Counted from the stretch's first letter, positions 29,101-45,343 are shown. The stretch: 64,000 nucleotides of DNA from Balanoglossus misakiensis (GCA_040954595.2 CM082580.2:9898390-9962389); one strand, 5' to 3'. Program-made: numbers and translations. Notes: generated by a model from the sequence alone, not told the origin.

Positions 29101-32100
29101 TGTCCACAGCAGCTATCATCAAACTTTGCAGGAAAATGTTCTACCTCCCTGTGGCTAGTACCAAACATCATTTGGCTTTTATAATAAGCCAATCTAGGTT
29201 TAAGTTTACAGTGTTTGACGTCAACTTAACAAATATTGGGCAATAGATGATTGCATCTGTAACTAGCATCTGTAGTATTTAGTTTCACCCCAACACAATA
29301 ATGTTCTAGATTTGCAGGAGTTTTAAAAGTATTTGACTGATTGAAAAGATTGTGGAAAATTTTTCTTAAGGCCTATGACTAGGGATGACGTCTTTTGGAG
29401 TTGAAATTACCCAGCCTAATTGGCTGCCTTGGTATCATGTTTCCATTTTACCCAGCACCCTGTCCAATCACAATCAGCTTTATTTGACAGGAGATTCGGG
29501 GCTTGACGTGCCAGCACTCAGGTGATGTCACTGCCTGCATCATTATATCTATTTCATATCATGCCATGTGACAAATAAACTTCCTCTTCAAAAGGTCATG
29601 TGATCTCCAAATGGATCGTTTAATATCAAAGATGAACGACGTCAAATCTTGTGAGATACTGGAAATACTGGCAGATCACCATTAACAACAGACAAAGAAT
29701 CCCTCAGAAAGCAGCAATCAACAGAATTTTTTTTATTGGTGTAAAACACAATTTTGAAATACATGTACCCCACATGTCTGCTGAGTACCAGGTACCAGAA
29801 AATCTGATAATCTGCAAAGAAATCAGCACTTCGCAAATGGAATAAGGATATTTTTTTTACAGTCAAAGAACGGATAAGCCTTCCATCCGTCTCCATGGCA
29901 GCAGGCTCATTATCCAGATGTAAAAATGATGTAGACGTCAACGCAAAGACAGACTGCAAATCTACAGTGATTTGTGGAGAAATTCCAATCATCGCCGCAC
30001 TGGCAGTTTTATAGAGAACATTGAGTTTAAACCGTTTATTTTCTAGAACCGGGGCATGAATTATTCATGTTCAACTGGGTACATGTGTGACGACCAAAAC
30101 TATTTCGCTTGTAAGGTATTTAGATGCAAAGCTGTCAGGAAAATAGTTCAGGTTGCTGTGTTTTCACAGGCTTTCATGACACTTTTCCCTAACATATACA
30201 CTCCTTTACTGGCAGTTTATTCAAGTCTCACGTAAAAGCCTCTACATGTACTTGTTCATGCTATGAGCATTTGCTGAAAAAAAATAAAATTGCATCGATT
30301 CAGTAAAACACCGTCTGTATATTGCCCCCACGATAACTTCCTGATCAATCCATTGGTCTACATTTCCCCTGTGACGTGGCATTACACTATCGCCATTACA
30401 ATTCATCAGCTCATTTTATACTCTCCTCCAAATCGCACGCTCTAACAATCCCAAAGACAGGAAAGCGAACTCACGAACCTACAATTTCAAGCGACTCTAA
30501 ATGTTATAAGGTTATTTTCAGAGTCAATCCTAAAATTGATACACAACACAATGACCGAAAGAGATTAGTTTTTCAAATGTAAAAGGTTTTAGATGTCCCA
30601 GTAGAAATGCTGCAGCCATCAGAGACAATTAGGTGGGACATTTCATTTGAACAGGGGTGAAGAACCTGCAAAACACTGAGCGATTCGCTTGTTATGCTGT
30701 AGTGTAGTGTATGAAAAGCAACAGATCATTCTAAGAAAATACATTTCACTGATCACAAAGTGATCCTGACATTGAGAGGGTGTTGTTAAACATCAAATCA
30801 TTTTACATGATGTACTCTCTACATTGTATCTTCTGATGAAAATGTAGCCCAATAATATTCTTTATCACAGAATATATATCTATATATGTTTTAAAAATAA
30901 ATAATTGATTCACAAGTTTATAAATTTAAAGATACCTGACTGTCTCATTCAGATATGATGCAGTTGAAAAGGAACGAGAATGTTTGTACATCAGCTGCTT
31001 ATCGTGCAAATTTAATAAGATCCCCTTGGGCTTTCATGGTGTACGTGTACACAAACATGTACTGGTATGTTCACTTAAGAAGAACAAAAAACTTGAAAAT
31101 CTATGCAATAACCAAATTTGAAAAGAATACCCTCTTGGCAGATTATGGGCTGTATATATGGACCTGTTCATGCTTGTTGCAATTGTCAAAAATTCCCCAG
31201 GAAACTGCCGCAGTTAATTCCCCCTTCCTTCAAAACTTAAGAAGTCAGCTCCAACACAGATTAATATGCAATTCTACTCCACACACCGGTAATCCTAAAG
31301 ATCTACAGGCAGTCACAGAGCTACATAATTTAATTTCCACACAAAACGAAGATTGAGGGGTTTATTTTTTGCTACTGATTTTTACACAGTGGGGATTTTT
31401 TCTCTCCCAAAGAAATGAATGAAAATGGTTGCCCTGGCATCAAAAACCACCCACATTGCATGTTTTCAGTGATTTATGGCTAATTCACTGCAGTTCACAA
31501 AGAAGCATTGTTGTCCACCGGAAGTAGGATATGCAAGTCGCACTTTAGAGGGCGAGCTTCTGACCATCATCTAATTATAGACAGCGGCTGTCAGATCATT
31601 TCTCATTGTAAAACCAAATGAGGGAATGAATGATAATAGATTGAATCGCTCTACACATAGAATACAGGATTCAACTGACGTTTTCCAGTTAATTAGTCAA
31701 TTCGCCCGACACTGATTACTGGTAATTTCTACACTTTATAAAAGAAAAATGAGGCTATATAAAAATTGTCCAATTTTCTTGTCATTCAAGTAGATGGCGC
31801 TGATAAACAACCCTCTTGTTATCTTAATGTCAAAGGATATAAATGAGTAGTAATGATCATTGGGGAGATCCCTGATTGGGAATTTCTTATTTTGTGCTAT
31901 CAGAAATATCGACCCAGAAATAACTTTGAGGCTTAAATTATGTTTAGATGTAGAGATAACTAGCTATAAACAGGGTATCTTTTCTCCAATAAAAAATTGA
32001 TCTCACTCAATATGGCATGACAGAATACAACCAGACATTTTACGAATTTCACCTCTCTCCTCTGTCTCAGTCTCTCTCTGAGTCTCTCTCTCTCACTCAG

Positions 32101-35100
32101 AAAGACATCTTTCCTAGCTAAGCAGTTTCACACCAAGATCAATCATCTAGAAGATTCTTTTTGTATCGGCAGCGGAAATCGTGCAGAAGATGAAAGCGAT
32201 CAGATGCAGCGTGTATCATATTAATACCTGTATGATTAATTCCCAGGAAATAGAGGATGTGCGACTCACTGGAGTCCATCCTTAAAATCTCAGCACTGTG
32301 CAGTATGTGGGTGTACCGTAACATCTCTGCTTTAATTTCAGGGAGCTTACGTGTGCATCAAAATTACACCTTGACCCAGACTTGATCCAGTCCCTCCGTC
32401 ACCACCTTATTAAGCTCAACTGTAGTGCAGAAACCCCTTTGAAAGCTCAAGTTCCCTGATTGGCTAGATTCTTTTTTCTGAATCTGTTACAATGTGGAAC
32501 AGAACGCGCTGAAGTAATTGGTACAGAGATTAGTAAATTGGCTTGTGTTCCCTGCCAAATTCTAGCTCCACGGTAACGGAACAACAATGATCCAAATCGT
32601 ACATCGATTAATACACCGAACATATACTGGGCAAGTTCTATCCCAGCAAAGTTCCTGTGAGTGTGATCACAGACCCATATATGCAAAAGTGGCCATTTCT
32701 AGATCCACTTGTGTCACGGTGATCACGTCGGATCCACTGTTACTCCACTCATCAAAGCACACACTGCTTGTGTGAAGTGTATGCATACATGTCTGATCTG
32801 AAATGTCACAAGCCAGCTGGATTCACAGACAGGATAGATTTTATCGATTTCGCTCTTCGGACGAAATCCAGAGCTCGAAGTGCTGCCGTTTTTCTCCATG
32901 AACGGTTTACCGGTATGCATCCCTGGAGTGATTACACTGAATCAATGTGAGTGGGAACGAAAAATCCTGAAAACTATGCCAGGTCTTTAGTGATCAATAA
33001 AAATTCACATGACAGTAAAGGTATACGGTCACCTGAGCGAATTTAATCACCACTGCCATGGAAAAGTGAAATGCAGCTAATTACAGACAGGTTTTCGACA
33101 GGTGGCAGTGTGAAAAAAGTGTGAAGACTTAGGCACACCCTTTTGACCATATACATGTATACATGTAACTAAGAGGTGACTGTATACCGGTACCTTTATG
33201 TTCTGCTGGAAGACAATTTGGAGATACCATCAAGTATTGCCAACTGTTGCACTGCAATGAATTATTCAGAGGAATCTTGCATCCAATTACTGCTTCCGAT
33301 ACACTATTATACGAACACTTTAATAGTAAGTCAGACAATATAACAAAGAGGTAATGTACAGGTACATGTAGATTTAATTTTACCTACTAGTGTACTATAC
33401 TGCGCGTATGTACCGGTACTGCGTCATATATCTCTTACAAAAACATTCTATAGGTGTCTATAGAATTCTATAACTTACTGAATTTCTTTATTAAAAGTTG
33501 ATAGACTTTCTATGGATATCTATAGATTTCTATGAAGTTTTGGACCCTTTATTATAGAATTCTATAGAAGCATCAAAATCTGTAGAATACTGTAGAGCTC
33601 TATAGAACATTTTTTTCCAAGAATTTAATTATCAGAAGATGTACCATGTCAGCAGTATGGTTTCCTTAATTCCCCATTTTCTCCGTTGCCATGGAGATCC
33701 TATATTCTGCAATTAATTATACCTTCTCCTAAGGTCAGAAAAAAATACCATTCACAGCAAGCCCAGGGGGGTTTTCTTGAGAAAAACAACAACATAAATA
33801 CAATTTGTACAAGCATCATTGTGTCTCCAATGGACCCAGGTTGATGAGCCATGCATATTTGAATGCCAAATCTGACACTAACATTTTTTGAGTTCACATT
33901 CATGAAGAGAGAATTTTTACAACTGTAAACAGTTGTGTTAGAAATGTTCCAGCTGCAGTCAGTTTAGACTTGTGCAGGAGAACCATGTGACCCAGGCCAG
34001 GCAGAGCAAGGTCAAAAGCTGTATGTGGGTATATCACATATCAGTGTCGTATTAATAAGATATTAATTATTAAAATAGTGTGGGTGACACACCCCTTATA
34101 AGAAATGAGATTGAACAAGGAGGATTAAAGCTTTATGGAAAAAACTAAGGAAAGAAAACGGTTAAAATATTAATCTGCTTTCTGTAAAGGTCAGCAACTG
34201 TACGGATTAAGTGTCATTTACTTTCCCTTTCAGCAACTTAAATCGATCATAGCAAACAGCGCAACACAGGCAGAAATAATAATTCTGCACTGGACATCAC
34301 GATTATATCTGTACCATGGTCATTCAATACGGAGAAAGCAATAAATATTTTATACCATGTACTTCTTTATCTTGATGACAATGATATATGTATGTATACA
34401 TGTATTCATTTATAAAGTACCAAGACAGTATTTAAAAGTGACCATAAATCACAACTTGTTGACACTGCAGAATTCTATCAAATCAACTGCCTTGCTCATC
34501 ATCCCTACATAATGGCTTAGATGAAATAACTCCCACAATTCATTCTTGTTTGTCAGAAAGATACAAGCATCAGAGCGATCCCCTGATTTTAGTTACTATT
34601 CGTCTCTGAAAAACACAAGTCTTGCATCCGCAGATGCTGCTTTTGATGCACCACCTAGCCTTGAGTGTGGGAAATTTCCAAGAATTGTACAAACAGTGCA
34701 CACCAGTTGCCATGAAATCGCCTACAGGCTTGTCCCTGGGTTGCATCCGAGTGTTCAGAGAGATGATATCAGTACACTGTTGATAATTACCAGATGTGGC
34801 TCCAAAATCTGGTGTCTATATGCTCATGTATCTATATCGTAGTACATGTATTTCTTATTCTTGTCTTTGAGAACATAAACTGCATGTATATATTCATTTT
34901 TTGAAATAAGGTGACAACATATAGGAATTAAATTTAATAATACAACCAACAAACTCAATTGGCAACAATCTCGCAGCCAAAGTTATGCCTGATTTATCTG
35001 TCAGATATCTGTGCACGAGCCACCAAACATCATTATCCACAAGAAGACTGCAATTTGCTTGATGCTAGGGGGACAAAATTAAGGCATCCTGCCACGACAG

Positions 35101-38100
35101 TTATATAGCTCACAGCATTTCGCCATGTCGTCATAACTTTCTCATTACGCCAAATTACTGAGAAATCGGTACACATGACCATAGACTTCATGGAGAAGAG
35201 TGACGTCCAGTCATTTCATCACAAGTCTGTTGCCCGGACAACAGGGTACACAGCATCAGTGCAGAGCTTCAGTACCCACCCCCTGCTGCGAGTAGCACCG
35301 TCCATAGAAAAACCCTCTGAAATGACTAAGATTATTCCAGCTGTTAGAGATGGAGACAAAAGAAAATCACGTTGCCAGTAAAATTATAACATCCATGTTG
35401 ATGAGACTCCATGTTTCAACATTTCATGAACTATTTTTGGCAAGCCCGTTCTGTACTGGTCATTCTGCAGCAGTTTCATCAACTTTCATGTTTTTTTTTC
35501 TAATCCTGGGTATTTTCTGACCATAGGAATCTTGGGTTTTTAAGACCATATGAATTCTTGGTAGTTTCAAAAACAGTGAGTTGTTAATTCTTTGCTTCAT
35601 GGTCTTGAGAAGATATGAAATAGTTATCCTCGATTCTTAGATTATAGGTTACATCACTCCAAATAATGAACCATCGATACAGACTTTTTTTCAAGATATC
35701 TAGTTTTAATCATTTCCCCCAGGGAGCAACCTGTTTAGCATGTCTCATATTTCTATCATATTTTTTCCTAGATCCCTAGAGGTACTGCATGCAGTTATTA
35801 CCTGCATTAGCTGAATGCGTCATATCTTCATCAGACCCATCAAACACATCTGGTGCGGCCATATTGTACCAGCCTGGGTTTAAAATATCACTCTAGCCAG
35901 TGCTTCTTGACAATTCTCAGGTTTAATTTTGGAGACAGAACTTATTTCAAAAGGAAAAGGAAAAGCTTTCCATCTTCATTCATCAGATTTTAAATGGTAT
36001 CTGCACTTTTTTTTTCAATTCTCTGATAAATGTCACTGCGTGTAATATATTCAGATCAGAAATGCAATGTCCCTCTGGTTACAGGGTACACACAACTTAA
36101 CATGTCTGTGCATCATTTATCTAAAAATGCAAGTATGATTAAATGCAACCGTGAGATTAGCATGAAAGCCTACTGATCCTCTACTGACAAGAACAGATCG
36201 CTGAAGGGGTGTGTCTAGAAATGCTTTTTCGCAATTTAGCACCCACGCAAGGTACACCCGAGTACACTATTAAAAGCCAACATTGAAAACCATTAGTTCT
36301 GATAGTACAGGCATGTATAAAAATGTAATTCTTAGCATTTATACTGGAATACTACAGATTTGTTCTTCACAGAAAGAAACACACACATACATTTTGTATG
36401 CTTGCTTTCGAACTGACATTCAAACAGAAGCAAATTTTACAATATGTAAGAACTTTATCTTAAAAAATTTAACATAATCTGAGAAACGGCACCTGATAAA
36501 ATTCTACAAACATATGTAAATCATACATGATATCACAAGACCACAGTAAAAACAAAAACCTTCATTTTTCATCAGATGCACATGTACATGTATATTTAAT
36601 AAAGTCCTGTGCTTTAGGGGTATCATATTTCTTTATCCTGCTCACCATTGCATCGAGCGACTTCTTTTGTGGCTTTTAATATTAACTTTCATGATAAGAA
36701 ACATCAATTTTTCAAACTTAGCTCATCATACTACGTCAACTCCCTGGAAGGCAAGACTTTCACAACACATCATGTTTAGTATTTTTTTTAGTAATATTTA
36801 TCGTTTGCATGATGATCGTTAGATCATACTCCGCGACCCAAGGGCGACTGTTGCCATGACAGCACTCGTCTTTCAGGGTGATTTCTCCCTTGGCATATGT
36901 CATCTGTGTTGCACAGTTGTTGAAAATGCAAACAACACATTTTTTTCAGAATCATATGAAAGCCAAAAGTTAAACTTGTGCCTTGTAACACTCTGTGATA
37001 CAGTATGGCTGTATTTTCTGGAAGATCAGATGACAAAACCTAATTCCAGGAAAAATCGCCAAAGAATGAGTCATTCTTTCAAACGTATGAGGCAATTACA
37101 TGTATGTAACAAATGATATTTACTCCAACAAATGCCAAATCTATCAACTGACACTGTATTGTCGTTGATTTTCATAGATGGATTTTCATTATTATTTCAT
37201 CCAGTTTGAAAATGAATCAATGACCGCCCTCCCCCCCCCAAAAAAAAATAATCTTTTCCCAGATACTAGTATTAAAAATGAAAGTATAAATCATACATTT
37301 ATATGATATACCCAACACCACTGCATCCATCAAGCGACGTTGATGAAATGTCGGTTGATTTGGTATCAGTTGACGAAAAATTTATAGCAGGAAATCTATG
37401 TAATTATCTGACACATCATTGGAGACCACATGCCCATCGCATCAGGAAATTTAAACTTCACAATATCACACAAGGATAATTAATTATGCATTGCCATCAA
37501 CAATTATCTCCCTTGCCAATGAACACCAGGCTCAGGAATTGTCTTACAATCTTACAAGTGAAGCTACAGAAATTGCAAAATATGATGAATGCTTCCTTTT
37601 AAATTGAGTGATGCAGAGTAGTCTGCTGTACTTTCTCTTGCTGAGCTTGTGAATGCACTGCCACGCAAAATACAAGCATCGCTTGTGAAAATAATTCTGT
37701 ACTGCGAAGATATATGCAAAGAGGTCACTTCTTTGATGGCTTAGAGGACACAATAATATCACGCCCCCATGCTTTCTGCTCAACGTTGTAAAATTCATCA
37801 ATTATGCGCAAAAAAAGGTCCCTTACCTTTAAATCAATCATTATTCGTTTACCAACCAGAAACGTTATTTTACCTTGAACTTCCATAATTCACAGAAACC
37901 ATCACAATATAACTTTAACATCAAAATCAGTTTTCATTCATTGACTCAATCAATCAGCCAGACTACCTGGCATAATAGCGCTAGCCTTCAGAACAACCTT
38001 CATATCTTGGCTGCATTCAAAACATGCATTACTGGCGGTAATGCACTTTTGAAAATCTCTCAAAAGGCTTTCCTGAGAAAGCTCAATCGCAAGAGAAATT

Positions 38101-41100
38101 ACAATCTGAGAAAGCAGTGCGGCACAAACAACTGATCAGAATTTGCCTTTCTGTTACATTTACAGAATTGTATCTAGAATGAGCTCACTAATTTGCAGTT
38201 TTGTTTTATTAAATATTAAATAGATGAATGGCAGCTACAACCACATCTGCTCTGTCACAAAGTGACAAATACAATTATTCTACCTGCAAAATTTTACAGG
38301 GAAATATGTACATGTATGCAACGACCAATAAATCTATGCTTTATTGCAACTGTCAAAACTGTAAATGGCCTTATAAATGTTCCAAAAAATACTTGATTTG
38401 TTCAAGGCACCAACTTGAGGCAGATTTCATCCCCTATTTTGCTGTCCTCTGCTTCTTAGTGTTTTTTTACCCTGCATATTATTATCACTTTTGCTCAGTG
38501 CACGTTCACAACATCCAACTTACATAAAATTGTTGCAAAATCCATGTGTGTGGCATGTAGCGGATGACTTGTTTACACAAGAAACCTGCAATTTTGAAAC
38601 TGGCCAAAAACAGTTATTAATAGTATGTGCTTCAGTTACAGAAAACAATTACATCATATAATGAAACGGGAATGTGTCTTCTTCTTTCAAGGTAACCTTT
38701 TGTGAGCCTAGGTCACAAACACAGCTTGCCAACAAACCATTCATTTATCTACCCTTACAGAACCTTACATGCTTGAAAGGCCACCGATTCTGAAAAGCCC
38801 CAGACGAACATGACACCATGATGACATTTGTCAATTGGCAATATATCTTCAAACTTGAAGGTCGAACTCATTTCACTTGCAGTATGTCTTACATGTAAAC
38901 TGGTGATATACAAGGTGTTTATCAGCAACACCTGGCTGTTAAGGAGGAGCACTAGTACTTCAATCAGTAATGTGTGTTATCAAAGAAATACAGAAATCAC
39001 GTTTCAAACCAGATGACATTGTATGAAAGAAGAATCAGTTCATTATATACTGTCACGTCCTTCACAACCTCAGAACAATATCCACAGTGCGTATTAAATT
39101 CAAAGTCACATGCACCAGAAGAACTGCGCTAACATAGTTCATGAATATTCATGATGTTGCATGGTGACACTGTCTCTGTGGCAACCCTGCATCCTGCCTC
39201 CCACCTAATCAAAACTGCAGCCCAACTGATTCATTATTGGCCTTATTAACTTTTCATTTCAGGGAGAATTAGCAAATTAACAAAGTCATTTCCCCGAGAA
39301 CCCCATGGTAATACGCGCTGTGTTATTCTGTCTCAATTGATTTGCGACAATTAATGAATTTCTGATGGGGGAAGTCCATGATGATTTATGAGCTAATTAC
39401 AGTAATTTACCATGTCCATCAAGATTATTACAAATACATAATATCAGATTTTTCTCACTGGAAAAAAAGGTTATCAAATCAACCATGTACTCAACCATGT
39501 ACTGGTAGCGTATTTTGCTTTGGCTGTTGTCACAAAGGGTGTTTTATTGATAATCTATTTTTAGAATAATTTCTTCTTGACGTTTTCATCAGAATATGTT
39601 TTTACTTCCATTAGAACTCAGAAACTGCATTGCTGGAGAGGAGGAAAAAGATGGCTGTGGGTCACGAGAATGGGCAATGTAATTTATGTCCAACTTGTTT
39701 TTATGATCTAACGAAACTAACAAAACCATCCATCAAAGTATAATTTTCAAGAAGATACATTTTCCTCTACAAAGTTTGAATGAGGACGCGATATTGCTAA
39801 TTATCAATTATTAATTTGCTGATCCCCTGTTCACCATTTTAGCAGCATTAATTAACCTGACATTTACAAATGTACATTGTATGGTATTTTGTCTCTCAAC
39901 TCCCTGCATACATTGTAAGGCGCTTCTACTGGAGAGGTCGATATATCTCAAACAGCTGCTGCTACTGATGAAGAGATATATCCTTCGGCAGCTGCTTTGA
40001 AATTACTTTTCCACCAAATACCAATATTGTAATGTTTACACAATATTGCCATGATGTGGATTTTGGCACGTACGGGCGGGCATACAGGTGGGCGGAAGGT
40101 CCCGACCTTTAACTTGGGATGTCATTCTGCCATTCTGCAACAAATTCCCTCTCACAGATTAGTACATGTATTTGCAGTGACGTCATTTGTTCTACTATAG
40201 AACTTCTTCTACTCAGGCATCTACATGTACGTCATAACTTACACAAACCTGTGTTCTCTCACGGTTGAGAATTCGCTTTCTCGACAACATGGGGATCGTG
40301 TGTCGCACACTTGTTTGTAATAACGTCATGGTAACTCCACGGAGTAACTTGGAAACAGCTAGACGAAAATTTTTATTACACTTACAGCTTGTCCAATATA
40401 GGTAAAATTGAGAAGGGGTGGAGGGGTGGTAGGATCTTCTCATTGTGTATGATTGAAACATATCTTCAATGTTTACACAAGAAACTAGACAGATGTATAT
40501 TGTGCATAGAATCTGATACAGCTTTACATGTACCTCTGCCAGTTACATCATCACACACACAACACAAAACTGAAATATATTATTACCAAGCCTTTAATTA
40601 ACCCACTGAATTATGAACAGACAATGTGAAAGTGGAATTTCAATCAAGACTCCCTCGGCATTTGAAAGAGGATATCGATTTTCAGTTACACTGATGAGTT
40701 TATTGATGGCTTATCCTATCTGGCCATTCAGTACACTGTACATCTGATCACACGCACAGAGTACCAGGATGTTGCTCCTAATTACATATTCTGGATGCAC
40801 TGTCCATTATTACACTTCATGATCAATGCAAAGATTCAATCAACAGTCCACACTCACCATTTTCTATGAACACTGCATGAAACAGCCATCTAAATGGACT
40901 TATCGATCAATAAAATGCAAATAATGAACATCAAACAATATGAAATCTAAATACTCCTTAAACACCTTGATCTCTTGACCAGATGGGTTATACCAGACCA
41001 GGATGGTCAATTTTGCTAATCTACATGTACCAATTAAAACATAAAGCCCTGTATACCAATTTTCTTCCCTTGCTTAGCTTAGTTCTTTCTGTAATTACAA

Positions 41101-44100
41101 ATATTTTGTCTATCATAATGTGTACCAGTCATGTACATACATTGTGTATTACCTGGATAGGATAGGAAATATGTGGTTAAAAATATCAGCATTCACATTG
41201 CTACAACTTTTCAGTACTGATCCAGATTCATAAATTTAACACGGTCAGATTATCATCAAAACCCCCTCTTTCTCTTCAACGAGAAAAATAATTATGAGAC
41301 CGACGTATTTGGGGACAATCTGACCTGTATAAATAATACACAAGGGATAAACAGAGCCGAGTTTACCCAATTACCACACGAGAGAAGGGATCAGGGAATT
41401 CCATTTTCGCTTGCATCTTCTCGAATACAAGATCAGTCAGTAATGGCCTCCCCTATTCTCCGTTTCCATGGCAATAATCTATCTTCTCGGAAAAATACAT
41501 GTGGAGTGGATGCAAGTCTACACACATTGTGACGATCACAGACCCTGAAATATTTACATAAGTACTGCAAAATGACAGAAGCTCATAGCAAGCAAACATA
41601 TGAATTTTCAGCAGGGGTCATATTTCACATGTTGCACATGAAAATGCAGCAGCTCTTTGCAGTGCAAATACTGCCTCTCTTAGAGTGGCAAAAGCAGGGA
41701 GCCAAGCTATGAGTAATTTCCTGTACACGCTGTCTGTTATGGCTTCATCATCTGCTAATGTTAATAACTGATTTTTTTTCTTCATTTTTCATAGTGGATA
41801 ACACATGCATGACACATTAGCTTTGTGACCATATTCTTTCCATGATCGACACTAATGTACACGGCAGTTATTAAATTCACCTTGACAGTGTCATTGTCTG
41901 TGTTGACTCTTTTCATTGTTTGCAAATCATCATGAACAAACAGATCTTTAGTGAAAAAAGTATATTTTCTCTAAAATTAAAATAATCATGTGACCCACAA
42001 GCATCACTTGAATTGTGGATTTAAAAAAAAAAAATAATACCTTGCTTCCCTGTCTTAAAAAATTAAGCATAAATCATTTCAAATTATTTCAATTGACACA
42101 TTGATTGCATCCATCATGTCTGTGGCAAATGCATCAAGGGATCAACATCTTGATTGTCTGATTTCAATTTTCACTGATGGAAAATTTCTCCAGGGGATAT
42201 GGCTAATTGCTCATTACCCCCACTGAACATTTTTCCTAGTTTCACGCATCATTATGATAACTCCCCACGAGGTCAACTCTGACAAGTACACTCTATCCTA
42301 TTGGCGAATATACCATGTCGGTGTCAGTGATCTTGCCACTGAGCCAATCAAAAGGCTGCTTGCTTGATCTTGTGACTGACTTGTGCTGAGATATACCCTC
42401 CTTGCTGGCCTGGGTCAATGCAGGCGGCCTTGTTACCCCAGGCCTTCTCATTACATGTACAGAATCCAATCTTGATTTTCAAATAAGTAAACCACAATCA
42501 GGTGACAGAGACAGTCTGATTGATGGTGGAAACTGCAAACCTGCTATAAATTTGATATTAAAAACAAGACGAGAAAGAAAAAAGATAAAAATCAGAGAGA
42601 GAGAGGTGTTTTTCAGAAAAATAACTGCAGCAAAAGGAAAACCTTTCCTCAAGGCTTTGTATTTCTATATCTGCATTTCCCTTTTTTCTCTTAAAAGACG
42701 AACTTGCTGATCAAACATTCTCTTACAATCTGAGCCCATGGTAACGGGTATAAACTGGATAACACAAGGTGTGGGTACAAAGGCAATTGCAGACTTAGCT
42801 TTCACTGTGTGCATTGCGCAAAATAATTGACCAATTATCAATTTAAATTGGCATGTAATTAGCAAGTGTTTAATTCATTACGTGGCATGGTCATAATAAA
42901 AGACCAATTCCGGCTGCTTCTATATAATTGCAAAGGAACACCTGTATCTGACAATTTACGGTTTTCATATTGGATTGTGTCAGCTACATAATAATTGTAA
43001 TGTTGACAGCTCATTAATAACTAGATTTCATTGAACGTTTCTGGACAATATGTTCGCGAAATGTGGTGATTTAAGATTAGCAGCACAAGTGTAACTGTTC
43101 CGGTACACTGCATTCAGCATTTTACAGAGCCCTACACTACAACCAGAATAAGATTTATTCTGACATACCCATTTACATGTACACATAACTATGACTAATT
43201 GCAACACACCTGTCCCAATCTCATTGCACCATATTACACCATCAACCCATATAAACACATGAACCAGCCCATTGCAACTGCCAACACATCCACCAACCAC
43301 TACAACATACTTACCAACCTATCAAACACCAGCCAACCCAGTTTACTATGCCCACCAGGTATCAACCCCTTTTTACATTGAACCCATAGAACCAACCCAC
43401 ACCCAATTTACAAAAAGTAAACTAAAATGTGTGTTGAAAGCATTTCTTTTTACTTACATGTACCAACCAACAGCTTATGTGATCAGCAAATGTCGAAAGA
43501 GATACAAAGATCACAGAATAATCAACTTTCTGTACGATAATCAAATTTTTACTGCAATCGTATTCTTCCCTGAAGTCAAACTGGTGTTATAACAGAAAAA
43601 TACTACAAACACTACGGATCGTTTACCTTCTTCACAAAGCTCGTCTTCTTCACAGACAGATGATGAAAAGCGGCAACCTGTTGATAAAAGAAACAAAAGA
43701 TTTCCAGTCAAAAACATCAATCGAAGGACAAACCTACACATGCAATTGTAGGTTTTAGAAAACAATGATATATCACTCTTTATTATGTCAACATCCGGCA
43801 TGTATACTTTTATTCCATTGCTTGCTAATATTAAAAGCTTCATCAAAGTAAGACATTTTCATTGTAAAAATAGTACTATATACCACATTAACCAAATTAC
43901 AATCATCAAACTAATAGCATGCAGATACACATCATATTTGGTTGAATTATTTGTGAAAATATACAATGTATTCCATAATCACTCTAGTTATGCAAATTTT
44001 CATTTATTATGCAAACCATGACTACAAAAATCTAAGAAGCCTTATGTATATTCAGTGGCAACATCTCTGAGTGCGTGCAAATATATTATTTCGGCATAAA

Positions 44101-44985
44101 CAGTGGCCTATACATTTCCTGTGGATGAACTGTAATAGTGGGCACAGGCACACTGATTGCTTGGTGAAGCACAGTGTGAAAGAATATGGAACCTTGGAAA
44201 TATACATGTACAATTGTACGATGTACATTGTAACTGAGGCTCTAAATCGTGAGCCAAGCATTCCAGCTGTGTATAAACTACAGAAAGTTTTGAAGGATTT
44301 TAACACCCTGGGGGATGTTACCTGGGAATCAGTAAGAGACGCTATTTCAACTGTTCTATGTCCTTCACTGAGAGCAATGACCCCTGAATTAATGTATATG
44401 TATTGTTGGGCTATATACAAAAGCTATAACACTAAATCAATACATATGATCAAATGCCAAGTTGTGGGAATTTTTACTTGGGGAACTCAATGAAAACTCA
44501 ATGAGTGAATTGTGTGTAACTGTCGACAGTTCCTTATTTCCACGTTAATTAATTAAGTTTAATAGTTGCTTATTTCGAAATAATTGAGGTGTGTTTGCAT
44601 GTCGCTGTGCGATGTCCTTCACTTGTGTGAAAGAAATGGGTTGCGACACATCTAAGTAATGAACAGTAATGTACACAGACAGAGGGAAACAGACAGACAG
44701 TTTTTAGTCCAATCCATGGCCTTTTCTGGGCCTTATAGCAGCAAAGACTGAAAGGCCTCCCATAATTGAGGCTTGATGATGTGCCGAGTGAATGAAAATT
44801 CATTTCCTCGATTTTTAATAGCATTCCGACCCAATCATCACCTTCAAATCCCTACTCAGTACAGTGATGATGATAATTTTTGATGTATTGTGAGAAACCC
44901 ATTAACGCGATTGAATCTGACATTTCTAAAACATGTGTTGCATCTAGTTTTGTATGGGGATAGGGGAATCATCTCTAGTATTGAC

Positions 44986-45024
<39 letters not shown>

Positions 45025-45027
45025 TGG

Positions 45028-45075
<48 letters not shown>

Positions 45076-45084
45076 CGATGATGG

Positions 45085-45142
<58 letters not shown>

Positions 45143-45167
45143 TGGTGATGATGATGATGATGAATGG

Positions 45168-45201
<34 letters not shown>

Positions 45202-45297
45202 TGGTGATGATGATGATGATGATGATGATGAATGGTGATGATGATGATGATGATGATGATGAATGGTGATGATGATGATGATGATGATGATGAATGG

Positions 45298-45343
<46 letters not shown>

